Origin: Candidatus Limnocylindrales bacterium
Lineage (GTDB): Bacteria > Chloroflexota > Limnocylindria > Limnocylindrales > CSP1-4
Length of the DNA: 64,000 nucleotides
Direction of reading: 5' to 3'
NCBI GenBank assembly: GCA_036274475.1
Contig: DASUFO010000054.1
Location: 3,420-67,419 of the forward strand
Below are positions 18,827 through 29,048 of the stretch, in pieces (position 1 is the stretch's first letter; each line of letters opens with the position of its first letter). The translations under genes were made by a program, and so were the position numbers. Below the pieces are notes generated by a model. The model searched no databases, was not told the origin of the DNA, and worked only from the letters and a program-made list of their open reading frames with translations.

Positions 18827-19639
18827 ATGGCGACGCGACTCAACCGGGAACCGCTGCGGCCGATCAAGATCTTCGGGACGTTCTTCCGTGTCAGCGCCCT
18901 GAACGAGCTCCAGTACCGGGCGAACTTCGCCGTCCAGGTCTTCCAGTCGGTGATCGCGCTCGTCACCGGCCTCGCGGTCCTCGCCCTCGTGTTCAGCCAG
19001 ACGAGCGACCTGGGGGGCTGGTCGCAGGCCGAGCTGCTCGCGGTGATGGGCGTCCACATCCTCATGGGCGGGATCATCGGCAGCGCGATCCAGCCGAACA
19101 TGGAACGGATGATGGGCGACGTCCGCCAGGGCACGCTCGACTTCATCCTCACGAAGCCCGAGGACTCGCAGGTCCTGATCAGCGTCCGCGAGTTCCGCGT
19201 CTGGCGCCTGGTCGACGTCGCGGTCGGGGGCGTCGTGCTGGCGGTGGCGATCGTCCAGCTCGAGGGGACGCTCAGCCTGTGGACGGCGCTCGGGTTCGCC
19301 TTCGCCCTGCTGATCGGCGCGACGATGATCTACTGCTTCTGGCTGATCCTGACGACCGCCGCGTTCTGGATCGTCCGGATGGACGAGATCCACGAGCTGT
19401 GGCACGGGATCTACGACACGGGACGCTGGCCGGTGACGATCTACCCGGGCTGGCTGCGGATCTCGCTGACGTATCTCGTCCCCATTGCATTCGCGGTCAC
19501 GGTCCCGGCCGAAGTCCTGACCTCGCGGCTCACGATCGAGACGCTCGCAATCGCGACGGCCTTCGCGGTGGGGCTGGTGCTGTTCTCGAGATGGTGGTGG
19601 CGGTTCGGCCTGAAGCGCTATTCGGGCGCGTCGGCGTAG
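18827..19639 (+). CDS. ABC-2 family transporter permease (second subunit)
   Basis: 270-aa multi-TM protein, 3 nt after the previous stop. Confidence 0.8.
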   Translation: MATRLNREPLRPIKIFGTFFRVSALNELQYRANFAVQVFQSVIALVTGLAVLALVFSQTSDLGGWSQAELLAVMGVHILMGGIIGSAIQPNMERMMGDVRQGTLDFILTKPEDSQVLISVREFRVWRLVDVAVGGVVLAVAIVQLEGTLSLWTALGFAFALLIGATMIYCFWLILTTAAFWIVRMDEIHELWHGIYDTGRWPVTIYPGWLRISLTYLVPIAFAVTVPAEVLTSRLTIETLAIATAFAVGLVLFSRWWWRFGLKRYSGASA

Positions 19640-19873
19640 CGGCGGCCCGCGGCGAGGCAACGGCGCTCATACGCTCTTCTGGTGAGCGTTATCCATGAAC
19701 GAGACCGCGAGCCTGCGACCGCGCCGCATCAATATGCACCGCGACTGCATACCCCCTCTTGCGCGGACCACACGAGCCGAATAACCATCCGCCGCCGGGC
19801 CCACGCATCGAAGCTCGGTCGCTTATGGTCACTCGATGCGCGTATGCGAATCCGCGCCGCTACAACGCGGGCC

Positions 19874-21082
19874 TCACGCGCCGTGGACGAGCAGCACTGC
19901 GGCGCGCTTCGCTCCATCCGTGCGGATCTCCCCGGCCACCTCGGTCGTGCGCGTCCGCGTCTCCGGGGCCAAGGCGATGCCGAGCGCGCCCGCGAGCGAA
20001 TCCGCCGTCGGGACGGCGCCGTCGTGCGCCGCGCCGATCGCCAGCTCGGCCACGCGCCGGGCCCAGTGCGGCTGGTCGACGATCTGGGGCACGATCACCT
20101 GCGCGGCTCCGCTCAGCGCCGCGGTCGTCGTCGTGCCGGCGCCGCCGTGGTGGACAACCGCGGCGACGCGCGGGAACAGCGCCTGGTGATTCACCTCGCC
20201 AACCACGAGAACGTCGTTCCGGTCGTCGGTCAGCGCAAGGTCGGCCCAGCCACGCCCCAGGATGAGGCGGCGGCCGTGCGCTCGGGTCGCTTCGACCGCG
20301 ACGGCGGCGAGGTCCGGCGACGTCCGCATCGCCATGCTCCCGAAGCCGATGTACACGGGCGGCTCGCCTGCATCGAGGAAGGCGCCAACGTCGCCCGGGA
20401 GCGGCCGGTCGTCGGGCAGGATCCAGGCGCCGGTCTGGACGATGTCGAGATCGGTCAGCTCGCTCCACGGCGCGAGGACGGGATCTGCGGCGAGCCACGG
20501 CTGGCTCGTGATGACGTGGTCGCGGACGTTGTCGACCGGCGCCATGCCGAGCTTCGCGCGGCCCGCGTTGAGAGGCTCGGCGTACAGCGCGTTCACGCGC
20601 TCGGCGTCCTGCGCCCAGAGGACCCGGTTGTCGGTCTCGTCGGCGGCAGACTGCTTGCCGGGACGCGCGGCCGGCGCGAAGTGGCGCGACGGCAGACCGA
20701 AGATGTGGAAGCACGCGAGGACGTAACGGATCCCCAGCTTCTCGGCGACGTCGCGCGCGCCTGCCGGCATCAGGCCGGTCGCGACGATGGCGTCACAGCC
20801 CTCGGCGGCGGCCGGAAGCGTCTCGAACCGAGCGGCGACGAGCTCCGCCGCGAGCCGGAACGCGGCATCCGGCGCGGGTGCCTTGAGCCCGGCAGCGATC
20901 GACCGCGTCGAGGGCCCGAGCGGGATCAGGTCGACGCCGACCCGCGAAAAGAGCTCGCGAAACTCCTCGTCGGGCGGCGCACACGCGCGAACCTCAGCGC
21001 CGAGCGAGCGCAACGCGAGGGCGAGCGCCGCGAGTGGTTCGATGTCCCCTCGCGAGCCCCATGACGACAGCAGAACGCGCAT
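19874..21082 (-). CDS. GT1 family glycosyltransferase (UDP-glycosyltransferase, MGT/Gtf-like)
   Basis: N-terminus MRVLLSSWGSRGDIEPLAALALAL. The C-terminal UDP-sugar motif ...VVHHGGAGTTTTAALSGAAQVIVPQIVDQPHWA... is the hallmark of GT1 (GT28 C-terminal domain). Confidence 0.85.
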   Translation of the reverse strand: MRVLLSSWGSRGDIEPLAALALALRSLGAEVRACAPPDEEFRELFSRVGVDLIPLGPSTRSIAAGLKAPAPDAAFRLAAELVAARFETLPAAAEGCDAIVATGLMPAGARDVAEKLGIRYVLACFHIFGLPSRHFAPAARPGKQSAADETDNRVLWAQDAERVNALYAEPLNAGRAKLGMAPVDNVRDHVITSQPWLAADPVLAPWSELTDLDIVQTGAWILPDDRPLPGDVGAFLDAGEPPVYIGFGSMAMRTSPDLAAVAVEATRAHGRRLILGRGWADLALTDDRNDVLVVGEVNHQALFPRVAAVVHHGGAGTTTTAALSGAAQVIVPQIVDQPHWARRVAELAIGAAHDGAVPTADSLAGALGIALAPETRTRTTEVAGEIRTDGAKRAAVLLVHGA

Positions 21083-21190
21083 GCTGAGCCCCCGATTCGT
21101 GGTGGTTTACGGACAAGGTCGGGATACGCTACCCCTCGGACCCCCGCTTGCCGCAAGCCCCGGGTGCTGCGATATCCTGAAGGTGTTGGG

Positions 21191-21740
21191 TCAGCCCCCG
21201 GTGCCCGGGGACGCCTCCGGGCAATCGGTTGGGGCCGGATCGTCGGCGCAGACGGTCAAGATGACGTCGGTTCCTTCCCCGACCTGCTCCGGTCCACCGT
21301 TGATGCGGTACCGCAGCCGGATCGACGTCACCTCGAAGCGACCCGGTCGGTTGGCCACCAGCTCGCCGACGATGCCCACCGTGTTCTCGGGTGAGTCCGT
21401 AGGAACGGCGGCCGTCGCCTCAGCGCCCTCGAGCGCTTCGAGCTTCTCGCCGATAACCCGTTCGCCGGTCTCCTGGATCACCGGCCGCGAGAGATAGAAG
21501 CGGACGCTCGCGCCCTCGAACGACCCGATCGGCTCGGCGCTCAGCAGTTCGATCGTGTCGCCCGGGCGCACTCGGATGAAGAGCATCGGGGCCTGGACGG
21601 GCCGGCCGACGGCGATCGGGTTCAGCTGCCTCGCGGGTGGCGGTGGCGGGTTGAACGGGTCGGGTTTTGTTTGATCCTGTGTTGCAGCCGGCGATGAGCA
21701 TCACCGACAAGGCGACCGGGAGCGCGCAGCGAGCGGCCAC
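21191..21740 (-). pseudogene. Lipoprotein gene split across two reading frames at a T4/A4 run (true frameshift or sequencing indel)
   Basis: The frame starting at 21740 (GTG) encodes a lipoprotein signal, AARCALPVALSVMLIAGC, then decays into an Arg-rich low-GC3 read. The high-GC3 protein-like continuation (…TQDQTKPDPFNPPPPPARQLNPIAVGRPVQAPMLFIRVRPGDTIELL… through 21191) is in the other frame. The switch maps to the run at 21665-21668. Confidence 0.5.
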
Positions 21741-21746
21741 GCGTCG

Positions 21747-22181
21747 TCAGGCCTCCAGGCTCTCGATGTGCTCGCGGTCGTGATCGACGGCGCGCCGCAT
21801 CAGGCCCGCGGCGTCGAGCCGCCCGAATGTCGCGTGGGTGCCGGTCTTCGCCCAGCCCGCCTCGTCGAGGTCGTCGAGCATCTGAACGGTGGCAGCGCGC
21901 AGGTCGGCGTAGACCGTCAGCAAGTCGTCGAGGGAGGCGTCGGGCGAGCCTTCCCAACGATCTGGCTCGACCCAGGCCCAGCGCGGCTCCTCCTCGTCGA
22001 TGAGCTGCCGAACTCGCGGCTGCCAGACCTCTCCCTCGACCCCGATCATGTGGCGGACGATGTCGGTCGGCGTCCATTCGCCGGGTGCCGGCGCATCCGG
22101 CGAGGCGGCGCGCACGGCAGCAGCAAGGTCGTCAGGCACGGCGGCCGCCCGGTCGCGCATCTCACGCTGTTGAGGCGTCAC
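21747..22181 (-). CDS. DinB/YfiT-like (DinB_2) family protein
   Basis: 144 aa with a His-rich helical pattern (…IVRHMIGVEGEVW…HATFGRLDAAGLMRRAVDHDREHI). Overlaps the upstream M20 gene by 4 nt. Confidence 0.55.
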   Translation of the reverse strand: MTPQQREMRDRAAAVPDDLAAAVRAASPDAPAPGEWTPTDIVRHMIGVEGEVWQPRVRQLIDEEEPRWAWVEPDRWEGSPDASLDDLLTVYADLRAATVQMLDDLDEAGWAKTGTHATFGRLDAAGLMRRAVDHDREHIESLEA

Positions 22182-23428
22182 CGCGGCATTGTGCGGCCCT
22201 GGACCTGGCGCCGGTTGAGCAGTCGCTCGGCCATTGCGGCGTAGAGGGCCACGCCCGTCGGCATCGCCGACTCGTCGAGGTTGACCTTGTTCGAGTGCGT
22301 CTGGGGGACCGTCTCAGGGTCGAGGCCCGCCGGGGTCGCGCCGAGGAACGCCATCGTCGCGGGCACCTTCTGGGCGACGTACGAGAAATCCTCGCCGCCC
22401 ATCGACGGGTTCGGCATGTCGTGGACCCGCTCCTCGCCGAACAGCTCCCGTGCGACCTCGAACACCTGCGCCGCAACCGTTTCGTCGTTGATCGTCGGCG
22501 GGTAGCCGCCCGGCATCGAGAAGTCTGCCTTCGCGCCGTGCGCCGCCGCGATGCCCGTCGCGGTTCGCTCGATCAGCTTCCGGACCTCCACGCGCACGTC
22601 TTCGGACGTGGTCCTCAGCGTCCCGCGCAGCAGCGCCGCCTCCGGGATCACGTTCGTCGTGGTGCCGGCCGCGATGCTGGCGACCGTCAGGACCATCGGG
22701 TCGAACGTGTTGATTCGCCGCGACCGGATCGTCTGGAGCGCGAGGACGATCTCGGCGGCAATCGGGATCGGGTCGAGGGCGAGGTGCGGCGACGAGGCAT
22801 GACCGCCGGCGCCGTGAACGAGGATCGTCCACGAGTCGCTCGCGGCGTACTGGGCTCCGGCTCGGAGGTTGATCGTCCCGGTGTTGAAGCGAGCGCTGAT
22901 GTGCTGGGCGAAGGCCGCCGTGACCGGCCCGAACCCGCCGTCCGTCGGGACGTCGAGCAGGCCTTCGTCGAGCATGTGCCTCGCGCCGTGGCGACCTTCC
23001 TCTCCCGGCTGGAACATCAACAGGACGCGGCCGGCCAGCGACGATCGCCGCTCGACCAGCAGCCGCGCCGCCCCGAGCAGCATCGCGACGTGCGTGTCGT
23101 GTCCGCAGGCGTGCATCGCGCCCTCGATCTCGGATGCGAAGTCGAGATCGGTCGCCTCCTGGACGGGCAGGGCGTCCATGTCGCCGCGAAGGAGCACCGT
23201 CGGACCCGGTGATCCGCCGTCGATGAACGCGGTCACCGAGCTGAGCTCGCGACCGAGAAGCGGAACGAGGGCCAGCTGCTCCAGCTCGTCGGCAACGAGC
23301 CGCTGCGTCTCCGGCAGGTCCAGCCCGATCTCGGGCCGCCGATGGATCCGACGTCGGATGTCGACGACCCAGGGCTGGATCGATTCGGCGGCGGAAACGA
23401 TCGAGCCGACGTCAGCGGTGTCGGTCAT
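22178..23428 (-). CDS. M20 family amidohydrolase / peptidase (N-acyl-amino acid amidohydrolase or hippurate hydrolase-like)
   Basis: 416 aa. Motifs …IRRRIHRRPEIGLDLPETQ…, MHACGHDTH… and GEEG… are characteristic of the M20D metal-binding set. Confidence 0.85.
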   Translation of the reverse strand: MTDTADVGSIVSAAESIQPWVVDIRRRIHRRPEIGLDLPETQRLVADELEQLALVPLLGRELSSVTAFIDGGSPGPTVLLRGDMDALPVQEATDLDFASEIEGAMHACGHDTHVAMLLGAARLLVERRSSLAGRVLLMFQPGEEGRHGARHMLDEGLLDVPTDGGFGPVTAAFAQHISARFNTGTINLRAGAQYAASDSWTILVHGAGGHASSPHLALDPIPIAAEIVLALQTIRSRRINTFDPMVLTVASIAAGTTTNVIPEAALLRGTLRTTSEDVRVEVRKLIERTATGIAAAHGAKADFSMPGGYPPTINDETVAAQVFEVARELFGEERVHDMPNPSMGGEDFSYVAQKVPATMAFLGATPAGLDPETVPQTHSNKVNLDESAMPTGVALYAAMAERLLNRRQVQGRTMPR

Positions 23429-23459
23429 CGGCCGATGATGCGGGACCTAGGCGAATCCG

Positions 23460-24341
23460 TCAGGCCGCCACTACCGCCGAGCCGAGCTTCGCCAGGAACT
23501 GGCGCCGCCACTGCTCGGTGTTGTCGACGGCGTTGAACGTGTACAGGTGGATGTCCACGATTCGTGCGGCCGGGTCTGCAGCGTGGGGGGCGATCCCTTC
23601 GAGCAGACCGTCGGGGCGGTAGAAGCCGCCGCTGCGCATCAGCCGGGCGACGAAGCGGATGTTCTTCGTCAGGAACCTGTGCGTGTCCGCGACACCGATC
23701 CGGGCCGCGATCGCGAGCAGCTTGTCCGGCGAGGCCACGCCCGGGACGCCGATGTGGACCGGCAGCGTGATCCCGTCGGCGCGGCGCGCGGCAAGCCACG
23801 ACGCGATCGCGCCGGGATCGAAGCAGAGCTGTGTCGTCATGTAGCTCGCGAACTCGGCCTTCGCAGCCAGCGCCTCGAGCAGCAGCCGGTCCGCGATGAA
23901 CGCGTGGCCCTGCGGATAACACGGAATGCCGATCTCCGAGAGCGGATGGCCGATCTCGTGCATCGCCCGGAGGAGCGACAGCCCGTCGAGGAACTCGCCC
24001 GGCTCCTTCTCGTCGCCACCCACGATGAACGCCCGATCGACGCCGGCACCCTCAAGCCAGGCGATCAGGTCGGCGAGGTGGGATCGGTCGCGGACCATCC
24101 GGGCCGACAGGTGGGGCACCGCCCGAAACCCCAGGCCCTGGAGCTGCTCGCACAAAGCGACCGTCGCCTCGATGCCCTTCGCCGGCGAAGCCGTCACGGA
24201 CACCGTCGCGCGAGGCGGCAGGAACGCCGCCTGGTCGAGCGCGTTCTTCAGCGGCACGAGCTCGAACGTCGGCGACGCGAGGATGCGGGCCAGGGCCTCC
24301 CGAGCCGGAGGCGCGAGCGATTGTCGGCGGCGGAAGAGCAT
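23460..24341 (-). CDS. metF: 5,10-methylenetetrahydrofolate reductase
   Basis: 293 aa. …FELVPLKN…ATVSVTASPAKG… and …HIGVPGVASPDKLL… are MetF/MTHFR family signatures. Confidence 0.85.
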   Translation of the reverse strand: MLFRRRQSLAPPAREALARILASPTFELVPLKNALDQAAFLPPRATVSVTASPAKGIEATVALCEQLQGLGFRAVPHLSARMVRDRSHLADLIAWLEGAGVDRAFIVGGDEKEPGEFLDGLSLLRAMHEIGHPLSEIGIPCYPQGHAFIADRLLLEALAAKAEFASYMTTQLCFDPGAIASWLAARRADGITLPVHIGVPGVASPDKLLAIAARIGVADTHRFLTKNIRFVARLMRSGGFYRPDGLLEGIAPHAADPAARIVDIHLYTFNAVDNTEQWRRQFLAKLGSAVVAA

Positions 24342-24496
24342 CAGCCGAGGCCAATCGCCAGCAGCGATGAGACCCGAATGGCTGAGCGTGACGGGGCCGT
24401 GGATCCGACCTCAGCGTGTGAGCTCCGGCAACCCATGGACCACGGGCTATCCGGATTCGATCGCCGGGGGCGATGAGCCACGCTGGCGGCCACCAC

Positions 24497-26038
24497 TCAG
24501 ACCTCGGAGTCCGGCATCGAGGCTTTACGGCGCGCGATGAAGTCGAGCAGGGCCTCGTCGACGCCGCGATCGATCGGCGGCGCCTCGTACTCGGCGAGCA
24601 TCCGCTTCCAGATCCCGTTCGCCCGCTGCGCCGCGTCGAGGGAGCCGTCTTCCTGCCACTGCTCGAACGAGTTGTTGTCGGCGGTCTCGGACCGGTAGAA
24701 GGCCGTCTCGAAGTTCGCGAGCGTGTGGGCCGTTCCGAGGAAGTGCTGGCCCGGCCCGTTCTGGACGATCGCGTCGACCGCCTGGCCGTTCTCGCTGAGG
24801 TCGACGCCCTTCACGAACACCGCGGCCATCCCGCACTGGTCGTTGTCGAGGATGAACTTCTCGTAGCCGACGGTCAGCCCGCCCTCGAGCCAGCCCGCGG
24901 CATGGAGCACGAAGTTCACGCCGCCCAGGATCGTCGGGCCGAAGGTCGCCGCGCTCTCGTACGCGGCCTGGGCGTCGGGGATCTTCGAGGCGCACAGGTT
25001 GCCGCCGGAGCGGAACGGGACGCCGAGCCGCCGGGCGAGCGCCGCCATGACGTAGAGCACGAGAGCCGGCTCCGGCGTGCCGAACGTCGGGGCGCCGGAC
25101 TGCATCGAGATCGAGCTCGCGAACGACCCCAGGACGACTGGCGCGCCCGGCCGAACCAGCTGGACGAACGCCATCCCGCCCATCGCCTCGGCGAGCGTCT
25201 GGGCGCAGACCCCCGCCGCGGTTACCGGCGCCATCGCCCCGGCGAGGATGAACGGCGTGAGCAGTGTCGCCTGGTTCGCCTCGGCGTAGGCCCGCGCGGC
25301 GCCCAGCATCACCGAATCCCAGACGAGTGGCGAGTTCGCGTTGATCAGGCTGAGGATGACGGGATGGGTTTCCAGGTATTCCGCCCCGAACGTGATCCGC
25401 GCCATCTCGACGGTGTCGCGGGCCCGTTCCGGCGCGGTCACCGACCCCATGAACGGCTTGTCGCTATACCGGATGTGCGAATAGACCATGTCGAGGTGGC
25501 GCTTGTTGACCGGCACGTCGACCGGCTCGCAGACCGTGCCGCCACTGTGGTGGAGGTGGGGCGACAGGTACGTGAGCTTCACGAGGTTCCGGAAGTCCTC
25601 GATCGTGCCGTAGCGCCGGCCGTTGTCGAGGTCGCGGACGAACGGCGAGCCGTAGTTCGGGGCGAGGACGGTGTGCATCCCGCCGATCTCGACGTTGTTC
25701 GCCTCGTTCCGGGCGTATTGCGTGAACTGGCGTGGGGCGGTTGCCTGGACGAGCTGGCGGGCGAGGCCGCGCGGGAAGCGGACGCGCTCGCCATCGACGT
25801 CCGCGCCGCCATCCCGGAGCAGGCGCAGTGCCTCGGGGTCGCCACGGAAGTCCAGCCCGACCTCCTCGAGGATCGTGTCGGCGTTGTACTCGATGATCGA
25901 GAGGCCCTCCTCGCCGAGGACCTCGAACGGCGCCATCGTTCTGGTGAGGAACGGCTCGCGGGCGGTGACCGCGTGGAGGCGTGCCGCGCGACGCGCATCG
26001 CGACCGCCGGAGCGCTGGCGGGGAGCGGTATCGGTCAT
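24497..26038 (-). CDS. MttB-superfamily methyltransferase, non-pyrrolysine (quaternary amine:corrinoid methyltransferase, MtgB-like)
   Basis: 513 aa. N-terminal …RQRSGGRDARRAARLH… resembles the Arg-rich start of MtgB-type proteins. TIM-barrel MttB fold along the full length. The ORF is continuous with no in-frame TAG, so it is not Pyl-dependent. Confidence 0.85.
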   Translation of the reverse strand: MTDTAPRQRSGGRDARRAARLHAVTAREPFLTRTMAPFEVLGEEGLSIIEYNADTILEEVGLDFRGDPEALRLLRDGGADVDGERVRFPRGLARQLVQATAPRQFTQYARNEANNVEIGGMHTVLAPNYGSPFVRDLDNGRRYGTIEDFRNLVKLTYLSPHLHHSGGTVCEPVDVPVNKRHLDMVYSHIRYSDKPFMGSVTAPERARDTVEMARITFGAEYLETHPVILSLINANSPLVWDSVMLGAARAYAEANQATLLTPFILAGAMAPVTAAGVCAQTLAEAMGGMAFVQLVRPGAPVVLGSFASSISMQSGAPTFGTPEPALVLYVMAALARRLGVPFRSGGNLCASKIPDAQAAYESAATFGPTILGGVNFVLHAAGWLEGGLTVGYEKFILDNDQCGMAAVFVKGVDLSENGQAVDAIVQNGPGQHFLGTAHTLANFETAFYRSETADNNSFEQWQEDGSLDAAQRANGIWKRMLAEYEAPPIDRGVDEALLDFIARRKASMPDSEV

Positions 26039-28107
26039 CGGTCGATCCTCGTGGGTTCAGGGGCCTCGGCGGTGGCGGCGCGGCGGCGTCGTCGGGGAGT
26101 GGCGGCTCCGCCGTCGGCCCCGGCGCGGTCGGCCGGACGCGGCAGCTCGACGACGGCCGACAGGTTCGGGAACGGCGCCGTCCGATGCGGGAACGACATC
26201 GCCTCGACGAAGTGCTCCTGGAACCGCGGTTCGACCGCGGTCTCGATCTTCTCGACGGTCCTCGTCACGCCCTCGATCTCGCGCCGCGCGGCAGCGCTGA
26301 CGAGCGCGATCAGCGCACCGGTTCCGGCCGCGTTGCCGGCCGCCTTCACGTGGCTCAGCTCCGCGTCCGGGATCAGGCCGAGGACCATCGCGTGGAACGT
26401 GTCGATCTGGCTGCCGAAGGCGCCAGCGAGTCGGATCTCGCCGACGGTTTCGATCCCGGCGTGGTCCATCAGCAACCGGACACCGGCGTAGAGCGCGGCC
26501 TTTGCGAGCTGAATCGCGCGGACATCGTTCTGGGTGATGACGATCCGGGGCCGCCCGTCCGCGGATCCGTCGTGGAGGACGTAGGAGAACGTTCGGCCGT
26601 CGGGTTGGATGCGCGAGGTTCGGTCAACCAGCGCCCCGTCGATGATCCCGTCGGGCGTGATGACGCCGGCGAGGTACAGCTCGGCGATGACCTCGACGAT
26701 GCCGCTGCCGCAGATGCCGGTGACGCCGGTCGCCTCGGTGGCCTCGCGGAAGCCCTCGTCGTCGGACCACTGCCCGACGCCGATGACGCGGAACCGTGGC
26801 TCGAGGGTCTCCTTGTCGATCCTCACCCGCTCGATCGCGCCGGGCGCCGCGCGCTGGCCGCCGCTGATCTGGGCGCCCTCGAACGCGGGCCCGGTCGGCG
26901 ACGACGCCGCGAGCAGGAAGTAGCGGTTGCCGAGGACGATCTCGGCGTTCGTACCGACGTCGACGAGCAGCTCGACGACCTCGGACCGATGCGGCTGCTC
27001 GGCGAGGATCACGCCGGCCGTGTCGGCGCCGACGTGGCCGGCGATGCACGGCAGGACGTAGACGCGGGCACCGGCATGTGCGCCGAGGCCCAGCTCCGAC
27101 GCGCGGATCTCGACCGCCCGATCCGTGGCCAGCGCGAACGGCGCGGAGCCAAGCGGCACCGGGTCGATGCCGAGCACGAGGTGGTGCATGATCGGGTTGC
27201 CGACGATCGTGACGTCGAGGATGTCGTCTCTTGGCACGCCCGCGCGCAGCGCGAGCGTCGCGATCAGGCCCTTGAGCGCCGTCCGGACGGCCGCCGTCAT
27301 CTCGACCGCGCCCTCGGGATGCATCATCGCGTAGCTGACGCGGCTCATCAGGTCCTCGCCGAAGCGGATCTGCGGGTTCATCACGCCGTGGCTCGCGAGA
27401 ACGGCGCCGTCGGCGAGGTTCGCGAGGTGGCCGGCGATCGTCGTCGAGCCCACGTCGATCGCGACGCCGAGCGCCCGATCGTGGAAGCCCGGCCAGACGG
27501 CGACGATCTCCTCGCCGGTGTGGACTGCGACCGTGACCTTGTAATCGCCCTTTTCGAGGGCCGGCTGGAGCGCCCGAATCAGGTCGAGGTCAGCACGCAG
27601 ATCTGTGAGGCCCCATTCGCGCTCTAGGGCCTCCTGCAACCGGCCGAGCTCCCCGGTCGGCGACGCCAGCTCGGGCTTGGCGACCTCGACGTAGTGGAGG
27701 CGGATCACCGGGTCGACGCTCAGGTCGCGGAGGTCGAGGCCCTTCCTGACGACTTGCTTGTAGACCTGGCTCTCGGGCGGGACGTCGACGACGACGTCGC
27801 CCCGAACATGGGCCGTACAGCTCAGCCGGCGACCGGGTTCGAGGCCCTTCTTCGACCGATAGTCGGCCTCGACAGGCCCGAGCGGACTGAGGTTTCCCGG
27901 CTTCGACTCGATGCCGTGCTTCGGGAAGCTGCCGACGCTCTGCTCCACCTGGCAACGACCGCAGATCCCGCGTCCGCCGCAGACCGAGTCGATGTCGACG
28001 CCGAGCGCGCGTGCCGCGTCGAGGACCGTCGTCCCCTGCTCGAATCGGCCGCGCCGGCCCGACGGCGTGAAGATGACGAGCGGCTCGGTCTCCGCCGAGG
28101 TCGGCAT
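26035..28107 (-). CDS. RACo-type corrinoid activation enzyme (2Fe-2S ferredoxin plus ASKHA ATPase; RamA-like)
   Basis: 690 aa. N-terminal plant-type ferredoxin Cys cluster (…SVCGGRGICGRCQV…LSC…). The long C-terminal DUF4445/ASKHA domain is typical of reductive activators of corrinoid proteins. The stop overlaps the MttB start. Confidence 0.85.
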   Translation of the reverse strand: MPTSAETEPLVIFTPSGRRGRFEQGTTVLDAARALGVDIDSVCGGRGICGRCQVEQSVGSFPKHGIESKPGNLSPLGPVEADYRSKKGLEPGRRLSCTAHVRGDVVVDVPPESQVYKQVVRKGLDLRDLSVDPVIRLHYVEVAKPELASPTGELGRLQEALEREWGLTDLRADLDLIRALQPALEKGDYKVTVAVHTGEEIVAVWPGFHDRALGVAIDVGSTTIAGHLANLADGAVLASHGVMNPQIRFGEDLMSRVSYAMMHPEGAVEMTAAVRTALKGLIATLALRAGVPRDDILDVTIVGNPIMHHLVLGIDPVPLGSAPFALATDRAVEIRASELGLGAHAGARVYVLPCIAGHVGADTAGVILAEQPHRSEVVELLVDVGTNAEIVLGNRYFLLAASSPTGPAFEGAQISGGQRAAPGAIERVRIDKETLEPRFRVIGVGQWSDDEGFREATEATGVTGICGSGIVEVIAELYLAGVITPDGIIDGALVDRTSRIQPDGRTFSYVLHDGSADGRPRIVITQNDVRAIQLAKAALYAGVRLLMDHAGIETVGEIRLAGAFGSQIDTFHAMVLGLIPDAELSHVKAAGNAAGTGALIALVSAAARREIEGVTRTVEKIETAVEPRFQEHFVEAMSFPHRTAPFPNLSAVVELPRPADRAGADGGAATPRRRRRAATAEAPEPTRIDR

Positions 28108-28115
28108 CGGTCGCC

Positions 28116-29048
28116 TCAGCCGCCCACCGGCGAGCTGTTCGCGCCTGACGCGGCGCCTGCCCGGCGGCGATTCGCCCGCCGGCCGCCCGCCTCGCCGTCC
28201 GGCGGTGCGACGCGATGCATCCGGATCCAGCGCGCGGCGTCGCGGTCGTTGCCGAGCAGGACGTCGGCCGCCATGACGGCTTCGCGAACCCCCGACGCGA
28301 TCGGGTTCGTGATCGCCGAGGTCAGGCCGCTCGCCATCGCCATCGCGAGATACGCGCCGTTGATGCCCTCGCGGTGCGGGAGGCCGAAGCTCACGTTCGA
28401 CGCGCCGCAGGTCGAGTTGACCTTCAGCTCGTCTCGTAACCGTCCGAGGATGCGGAACACCTGCCGGCCGGCGGTCGGCATCGCCCCAATCGGCATCAGG
28501 AGCGGATCGACGACGACGTCCTCCTTGGGGATGCCGTGGTCGAGTGCCCGCTCGACGATCCGTTTCGCGACCGCGAACCTGACGTCGGGGTCTTCGCTGA
28601 TGCCCGTTTCGTCGTTCGAGATCGCGACGACGGCGGCGCCGTGCTTCTTGACGAGCGGCAGCACCCGTTCCAGCCGCTCTTCCTCGCCGGTGACGGAGTT
28701 CACGAGCGCCTTGCCCTGGTAGACGGCCAGGCCGGCCTCGAGGGCCTCGACGATGCTCGAATCGATGCTCAGTGGCACGTCCGTGAGGCTCTGGACGAGC
28801 TGGACGGTCTTCGCGAGGATCGCCGGCTCGTCGGCGAGCGGGATGCCGGCGTTGACGTCGAGCATGTGAGCGCCGGCCTCGACCTGGGCGATCGTGTCGC
28901 GCTCGACCCGGCTGAAGTCGCCGGCCTTCATCTCTTCCATGAGGATCGCGCGGCCGGTCGGGTTGATGCGCTCGCCGATGATCACGAACGGCCGGTCGTC
29001 GCCGATGACGACCTCTTTCGTGGCGGAGCCGATGACCGTGTGGGTCAT
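28116..29048 (-). CDS. Pterin-binding methyltransferase (MtrH/AcsE/MtgA-like methylcorrinoid:tetrahydrofolate methyltransferase)
   Basis: The internal ATG at 29048 gives MTHTVIGSATKEVVIGDDRPFVIIGERINPTGR..., a DHPS-like pterin-binding barrel. The segment upstream of this ATG in the longer ORF is Arg-rich junk. Confidence 0.8.
   Translation of the reverse strand: MTHTVIGSATKEVVIGDDRPFVIIGERINPTGRAILMEEMKAGDFSRVERDTIAQVEAGAHMLDVNAGIPLADEPAILAKTVQLVQSLTDVPLSIDSSIVEALEAGLAVYQGKALVNSVTGEEERLERVLPLVKKHGAAVVAISNDETGISEDPDVRFAVAKRIVERALDHGIPKEDVVVDPLLMPIGAMPTAGRQVFRILGRLRDELKVNSTCGASNVSFGLPHREGINGAYLAMAMASGLTSAITNPIASGVREAVMAADVLLGNDRDAARWIRMHRVAPPDGEAGGRRANRRRAGAASGANSSPVGG

Noticed and set aside
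19640-19873. Lower-GC convergent intergenic region with a 7-bp inverted repeat (GCATCGA…TCGATGC), a TGCGAATCC T-loop-like string and a 29-codon ORF (MNETASLRPRRINMHRDCIPPLARTTRAE)
   Set aside because: No cloverleaf could be assembled for a tRNA. The mini-ORF has no convincing RBS. The most likely role is transcription termination for the convergent ABC-permease and glycosyltransferase genes.
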